In this document: piece by piece, positions 35,840-41,954 of the stretch | How the letters are laid out: every line of letters starts with the position of its first letter | How positions within the stretch are numbered: the stretch's first letter is position 1 | Source of the DNA: Chiloscyllium plagiosum | Lineage: Eukaryota | Assembly: GCF_004010195.1 (NCBI RefSeq) | Contig: NC_057750.1 | Span: 2,162,664 to 2,204,617 of the forward strand | Direction of reading: 5' to 3' | DNA: 41,954 bases | Notes under the pieces: generated by a model | Seen by the model: only the letters and a program-made list of their open reading frames with translations | Databases searched by the model: none | Told to the model about the DNA's origin: nothing | Program-made: the position numbers and the translations under genes

Positions 35840-35916
35840 CCGGAGGGTAGTATCCTTGCCGACCGCTTCAAGAGCTTTCAGAAGAGAAATCTGATCGAGC
35901 CCAGAATAAGAGCAAA
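35840..35916 (+). CDS. NOP53: NOP53 exon 11 ([26 protein letters not shown])
   Basis: cccag| and |gtaag; DRFKSFQxRNxIEPR family signature. Confidence 0.96.
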
Positions 35917-36564
35917 GTAAGTGGATGCGACCTTTGTAGGAAGGTTGAGAGCCGTGCTGCTAAGTGGGACAGAGTCACTCCGGCCTGGTTTTCACCTGTC
36001 CTCACTTTAAACATCATGGGTAGAGCTGTCACAGGGCTTTCAGATTTAATCGTGATGCCTTGGGCTGGGTAGACGAAAGGATTGAACCCCTCCCTCCCTT
36101 AGATCCTGATCGCTCCCCAGTTGTTGTAATTAGCAAAGACCTGTCAAACGCAGGGATCCAGTGGTGGTGATGGCTTCCACTGTTAAACAGCTTGCTAACA
36201 CTCCCTGCCTGCACCCTCGTACATGGAAGGAACTTGCATTAATATTGTGCTGCTGTCACAGCCTCCAGATGTCCTAGTGCGGCTGCGCAGCCAATGAGAC
36301 TTATGGAACGTGGGAAATGTGCCTGCCAACTTACACACAAAGATCCCATAATTAAGCGTTAGTTAAGTGACCAGGCGATCTGTTTTTAATGTTGATGACT
36401 GACAGATAGAAATAGCCCAGGCCACCTGTTCACTTTGAATAGCACTGTGAGATCTTTACATTCCCCCTGTGAGGGCAGGGCCTTAATTTAGTGAGACGAA
36501 ACAGTGGTCTTCTTTAGTCACTGTATTGGCAACTGTCTCAGTTCTTTGTTTTTCCTTACTTTAG

Positions 36565-36621
36565 GTTCAAGAGGAAGCACAAGTTAAAATACGTCGAGAA
36601 ACGAGCGTTCCGAGAAGTGAC
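36565..36621 (+). CDS. NOP53: NOP53 exon 12 (FKRKHKLKYVEKRAFREVT)
   Basis: tttag| and |gtaag; EKRAFRE motif. Confidence 0.95.
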
Positions 36622-37032
36622 GTAAGTCTCTGGGCTCCCGGTACCTCTGACATGGTCTCCCCAGCTCCTTGTACACTTGCATTAACATTTGCCTACTCAC
36701 GTACTCCAACCTCTTGAAATTAAGGCCAACATTCTGATGACCTGCTGCCCCAGTGTGCTCAGTTTCTGTGTTCCGTGCAGAAGTATCCCCAAGTCCCTTT
36801 ATATTCTCACATTTGGATATACAAAGTTCCACTGACCTGGGAAAGTAGGGAGACCTCTCCTCCTCTTTGATATAATGCCCTGGGATCTTTCAATCCACCC
36901 CAGAAAGGCAGGTGCCTTCCAGAGGTCACCTTCCTCAGTCCTGTTCTGGGGCTGTCAGCCTGGGTTTGGGTGCTTTGGTTTTGCAGACAGTGAGGCAAAT
37001 TCTCAACTTTCAAACTCCAAGGAGCGACTGCA

Positions 37033-37350
37033 GTAGCGCAGTGGTTAGCACTGCTGCCTCACAGCACCAGGCACCCGGGTTCGATTCCACCCTCAGGTGG
37101 CCGTCTCTGTGGAGTTTGCACATTCTCTGGGTGCTCCAGTTTCCTCCCACAGTCTAAAGATGTGCAGGTTAGGGTGGAACAGCCATGCTAAATTACCCCA
37201 AAGTGTCCAGGGATGTGCAGGCTAGGTGGGTTAGTCATGGGAAATGCAGGGTTACAGGGATAAGGTAGTGGGGTTGGGTCTGGGAGGGATGTTCTTCAGA
37301 GGGTTGGTGTGGGCTCGATGGGCCGAATGGCCAGCTTCCACACTGTCGGG
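37033..37350 (+). mobile_element. HE1-like V-SINE
   Basis: cagtggttagcactgctgcctcacagc...gggttcgattcc...gggccgaatggcc tail. Confidence 0.88.
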
Positions 37351-38194
37351 ACTCTTGAGTGCTATCCACTGAGCCACAGCTCAGGCAGCTGCTGGCCGGG
37401 AGTTGCTGTTCATTAAGACAGCACTGCTCATGAATAGCATTGAGGTCTCTCCTTGTCTGATGGTAACAGTTAGCAAGCTCCAATGGCCACATCTCCCATC
37501 AGTGTCGCAATAATAACCTATGCAAAACTGCATTAGACTGCAGAATTTGTCAACTATTTCGTCAAAGTGATTTGATAAAGTTTATACAACTTCAGAATAA
37601 ATTTGCAAGGTCACTGTATGCTGTAGATTCCCTACATTGTGGAAACAGGTCCTTCGGCCCAACAAGTCCACACCGACCCGCTGAAGAGCAACCCNNNNNN
37701 NNNNNNNNNNNNNNNNNNNNNNNNNNNNNNNNNNNNNNNNNNNNNNNNNNNNNNNNNNNNNNNNNNNNNNNNNNNNNNNNNNNNNNNNNNNNNNNNNNNN
37801 NNNNNNNNNNNNNNNNNNNNNNNNNNNNNNNNNNNNNNNNNNNNNNNNNNNNNNNNNNNNNNNNNNNNNNNNNNNNNNNNNNNNNNNNNNNNNNNNNNNN
37901 NNNNNNNNNNNNNNNNNNNNNNNNNNNNNNNNNNNNNNNNNNNNNNNNNNNNNNNNNNNNNNNNNNNNNNNNNNNNNNNNNNNNNNNNNNNNNNNNNNNN
38001 NNNNNNNNNNNNNNNNNNNNNNNNNNNNNNNNNNNNNNNNNNNNNNNNNNNNNNNNNNNNNNNNNNNNNNNNNNNNNNNNNNNNNNNNNNNNNNNNNNNN
38101 NNNNNNNNNNNNNNNNNNNNNNNNNNNNNNNNNNNNNNNNNNNNNNNNNNNNNNNNNNNNNNNNNNNNNNNNNNNNNNNNNNNNNNNNNNNNNN

Positions 38195-38925
38195 CCGATA
38201 CTGCACTGTACCGGGATATCCCGGCGCTGTAATCACCGATACCGCACTGTACCGGGCTATCCCTGCACTGTAATCACCGATATCGCACTGTACCGGGATA
38301 TCCCCGCGCTGTAATCACTGGTACTGCACTGTACAGGGATATCACCGCGCTGTAATCACAGATACCGCACTGTACCGGAATATCCCCGCGCTGTGATCAC
38401 CAATACGGCACTGTACAGGGATATCCCCGCGCTGTAATCACCGATACTGCACTGTACCGGGATATCCCGGCGGTGTAATCACCGATACCGCACTGTACCG
38501 GGATATCCCGGCGCTGTAATCACCGATACCGCACTGTACAGGGATATCCCTGCGCTGTAATCACCGATACCGCACTGTACCGGGATATCCCTACGTTGTA
38601 ATCACCGATACCGCACTGTACCGGGATATCCCTGCGCTGTAATCACCGATACCGCACTGTACAGGGATATCCCCCCGCTGTAATCACCGATACCGCACTG
38701 TACCGGGATATCCCTGCGCTGTAATCACCGATACCGCACTATACCGGGATATCCGCCCGCTGTAATCACCGATACCGCACTGTACCGGGATATCCCCACA
38801 CTGTAATCACCGATACCGCACTGTACCGGGATATCCCTGCGCTGTAATCACCGATACCGCTCTGTACCGGGATATCCCCCCGCTGTAATCACCGATACCG
38901 CACTGTACCGGGATATCCCTGACTG
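38195..38925. repeat. 41-bp CpG-rich minisatellite in NOP53 intron 12
   Basis: About 18 units of gataccgcactgtaccgggatatccctgcgctgtaatcacc, abutting an N gap. Confidence 0.97.
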
Positions 38926-39054
38926 TGTCGTCCGCTGTGAATTACACTGTTTAACAGCTCTCTTTAAAACACTTGTTATTTTATTCTGTTGCTTCTGATT
39001 TTCGTGGGTGTTTCCCGCGTTTTGATATTGTCTTTTTAAAATTGTATTTTTCAG

Positions 39055-39061
39055 GTTGTGA
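39055..39061 (+). CDS. NOP53: NOP53 exon 13, coding part (completes Thr, then Leu and stop)
   Basis: tttttcag|G TTG TGA; phase 2 fits exon 12; AATAAA follows shortly after. Confidence 0.82.
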
Positions 39062-39116
39062 TGTCTGGAAAGGAAAGTGGATCTCAGCTGAATTTGGTGT
39101 TTGAAATATTTGTATC

Positions 39117-39122
39117 AATAAA
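39117..39122 (+). terminator. NOP53 polyadenylation signal
   Basis: AATAAA 55 nt after the stop, with GT/T-rich sequence downstream. Confidence 0.8.
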
Positions 39123-39269
39123 ATCTCTGCATTATTTCTGTACATGTGTTTATGATTCCTGGCTGTAATCATATGGTGGTTGATGTATTAAGAATGGTAA
39201 ATATTGTAAAATGTTTGTATTTGCCTTCGTGTGTCGAAGGTACAAACTGATCCTTGGAAATTTATAGCA

Positions 39270-39398
39270 GCAATTTGCTGCAGATGCTGGAATCTGTCCT
39301 GAAGCCCACAAATATCGGAGGTCACAGCGGGTCAGACAGCATCCACCGAGAGAGAGCACATTAACGTTTCGAGTCTGGATGACTCTCCATCAGTGCTG
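39270..39398 (-). mobile_element. Penelope-type terminal fragment with hammerhead-like motif (third family)
   Basis: Minus strand reads CTGATGG-A-GAGTC-atcca-GACTC-GAAA-CGTT, then ggatgctgtctgacccgctg and ccagcatctgcag. Confidence 0.6.
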
Positions 39399-40319
39399 TA
39401 TGTTGGCTTGCTCGCTCTTGGAGATTGATGTTGTGGGAGTCTTTGTCAAACCCATCAACTGTACTTTGTTGACATCTCTGCAGTTTTGCTGAAATAGGTG
39501 GTACCCCTGAATCAGCTGGGACTCCTGTCAGGGACCAATGGGAGCTGAGTAACTTCCAGCAATGTGATGCTGACCAGCTAACCTGTGGGTGTTGGTGTTT
39601 GGTCAGTGTAGACCAGACCGGGTAAGGCCGGCAGATTTCCGTTCTGAAAGGACATTAGTGACCCAGATGGATTTTTCCGACAATCGGTAATGGGTTCATG
39701 GTCATCATTAGAACTTTAATTGCGGATTTTCCCCAGATCTGTTTGTTCACTGAGGAAATATCAGGAGACCCTGATCCCGAGTTCTCAGTAACAGCTTACT
39801 CCAGGAGTGTCTCCAGTGCACTGGCTGCAATAAGGAGCTGACTCAAATTCAAAACCTCTGCCATGCTTTTTCAGAGAGCCATTTTTAATCAACGCGTCTG
39901 GGCCACGTGTGACCTGAACATTCTAGTCTGCAGGTAGAACCACTACCACTCTACCACAAAAGCCCTGTCCAGATCGTTTTTTAAAATTTCTTTCCCCTCA
40001 TAAACCACCACCAAATCTAATGTATACCTGTTATTGATGTACCTTCCTCATGCTGTACGATACAGCTCGTCATTCTGGTAGGCCTAACTTGGACCAAGTC
40101 CCATTGACCTGACAAGCCTTTGTCTCCACTCAGCGATACAGCTCCCAGTCTGGCAATTCCCAATTCTCGATTTCAGGCCTGTGTTCTCGCCCTGTCTCTG
40201 TAATGTCGGTCCACAGCACTCTGCGAACTCTGTCCTCCCATTATTGTTCCACCATTCCTCCTGAAATCTCTCTGCCCCACTCTCCTGCTCACAAAGACTA
40301 CCTCTGTGATCGCTCCATC

Positions 40320-40855
40320 TGACCTCGTCATCTCCGGGACATGCACCAAACACCACCACCGCCCTGTGGCTGACCACTTCAACTTCCCCTTCCTCCCTCC
40401 CCCCACCCGCACTCCACCAAGGACAGCCAAGTTCCAGGCTACCTACCCCGTCCACCAAATCCAAGCCACCCCACCCCTGGAGGAAGAACACATCTCGGGA
40501 CCCTGCAAACAACACAGCATCAATGTCGATTGGTATGTCCCTTTCTCCCACCTTATCACAGATCCAACTTCCCAACTCAGCACCACCATCTTGAACTGTC
40601 CTACCTGTCCATCTTCCTTCCCACCTATTCACTCCACCCTCCGCTCTGACTTATCACCATCACACCGCACCTTCGACCACCTATTGCCTTCCCAGCTATT
40701 TCCCCCCCCACCTATTTATCGCCGCCCCTCATCATTCCTGATGAAGGGCTTATGCCCAAAGCATTGACTCCTGCCCCTAGGATGCTGCCTGACCTGCTGT
40801 GCTTTTCCAGCACCACACTCTTGACTCTGATCTGCAGCCCTCACTCTCTCCTGAC
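40320..40855 (+). mobile_element. Penelope-like element 3' portion: endonuclease C-terminal remnant plus terminal repeat
   Basis: RPVADHFN and LEEEH..GTLQ..SINVD remnants typical of the PLE GIY-YIG region, a C-rich spacer, then CTGATGAAGGGcttatgCCC and the shared tail. Confidence 0.7.
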
Positions 40856-41562
40856 CTTATCTCCATGTCAAGCTCAGTGTCAAGTTCAGTTCTGGTGTTA
40901 GTTTTTCAAACATCTAACTTATGAATGCTCACATTTAAGAGCACAATCCCATAGGGGTGTGAGTTTTAAAGACCTGAAGTGTGAACATTTCCTATACTTG
41001 TGAACAGCTGCTTTACAGTGTGTTCTAACTTGTATGCAAATGGACTCGAGAATGAATTCCGTTCACAATCTAAGGACTGTCTGTACTGGAGTCAGCAATA
41101 CCCAGTTAAAACACTGGGAGGTGCTGTTAGGCCGCACTCTGACCATGTGAGATTTAAGATTTGGCCACTTCCCCAGACAGATTGTGGGATGTGATTGTAT
41201 CCCTGGCTCCTGTACAATCCAGCATCTTTAACAGGGGAGGAATAAACGGTCTCAGAAATAGAGCATTTGAGCACAATCCCTCCAGCTCACTCTGGGAAGC
41301 CTCCTGCCTACTACACTCAATTCCAGCAAACCTACTTACCTGCAGTATAACTCTCAGTCTCCATGTAATCCTTATCTGTCCCTAACTTGTAGATTTTGAA
41401 AGGTCTGCATAATCCACAACTCTGGGGTGATCTTTGAATTTTTTTTGAGGTTCTTTTTAATGTAGCTTGTTAATTGGTATGGGACTTCAATGCAAAACTT
41501 TTGTATTCTGCTAACCATTAACCTGTTAGACACAGTGCAAACTCCATTTTGTATTGGCACCT

Positions 41563-41954
41563 CATCACTGTCAGTGATCCCTGGATCGGGGAGGGAGAGA
41601 GAACTCAGCCAGGGATCCTGCTCCTGATCACTGTCAGTGATCCCTGGGTTAGAGAGATAGAGAGGGGAAATCAGCCAGGGTTCCTGCTCCCGATCACTGT
41701 CAGTGATCCCTGGGTTAGAGAGAGAAAGGGAAAATCAGCCAGGGTTCCTGCTCCTGATCACTATCAGTGATCCCTGGGTTAGAGAGAGAAAGGGAAAATC
41801 AGCCAGGGTTCCTGCTCCTGATCACTGTCAGTGATCCCTGGGTTAGAGAGAGAAAGGGAAAATCAGCCAGGGTTCCTGCTCCTGATCACTGTCAGTGATC
41901 CCTGGGTTAGAGAGAGAAAGGGAAAATCAGCCAGGGTTCCTGCTCCTGATCACT
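41563..41954. repeat. 64-bp tandem repeat running off the window end
   Basis: About 6 units of gatcactgtcagtgatccctgggttagagagagaaagggaaaatcagccagggttcctgctcct. Confidence 0.97.

Overview
Eukaryotic, repeat-rich vertebrate DNA, most likely a shark or other elasmobranch (HE1-type V-SINEs, CR1/HER1-type LINE tails, Penelope-type fragments). The window holds the last coding exon and probable 3'UTR of EHD2 (+, 8195-8734), followed by a NOP53/GLTSCR2 gene (+). NOP53 exons 2-13 can be read with consistent GT-AG sites and phases (21559-39061), the same EHD2-NOP53 order as in human. No canonical NOP53 exon 1 is visible. In its place is a strong-context ATG (19661) followed by about 46 copies of a 33-bp unit encoding (RGRGFGRLRSS)n, which ends at a phase-2 GT donor that splices in frame to exon 2. 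This predicts a 903-aa NOP53 with a huge RG-rich N-terminus. Two SNORD23-like C/D snoRNA copies with a 12-nt antisense to U6 lie in introns 8 and 10. Three Penelope-type families carry minimal hammerhead-like motifs with different but still pairing helix II stems. The rest is SINE/LINE/LTR debris, minisatellites and assembly gaps. Repeat family names and comparisons with human sequences are from recall and need database confirmation; repeat boundaries are approximate.
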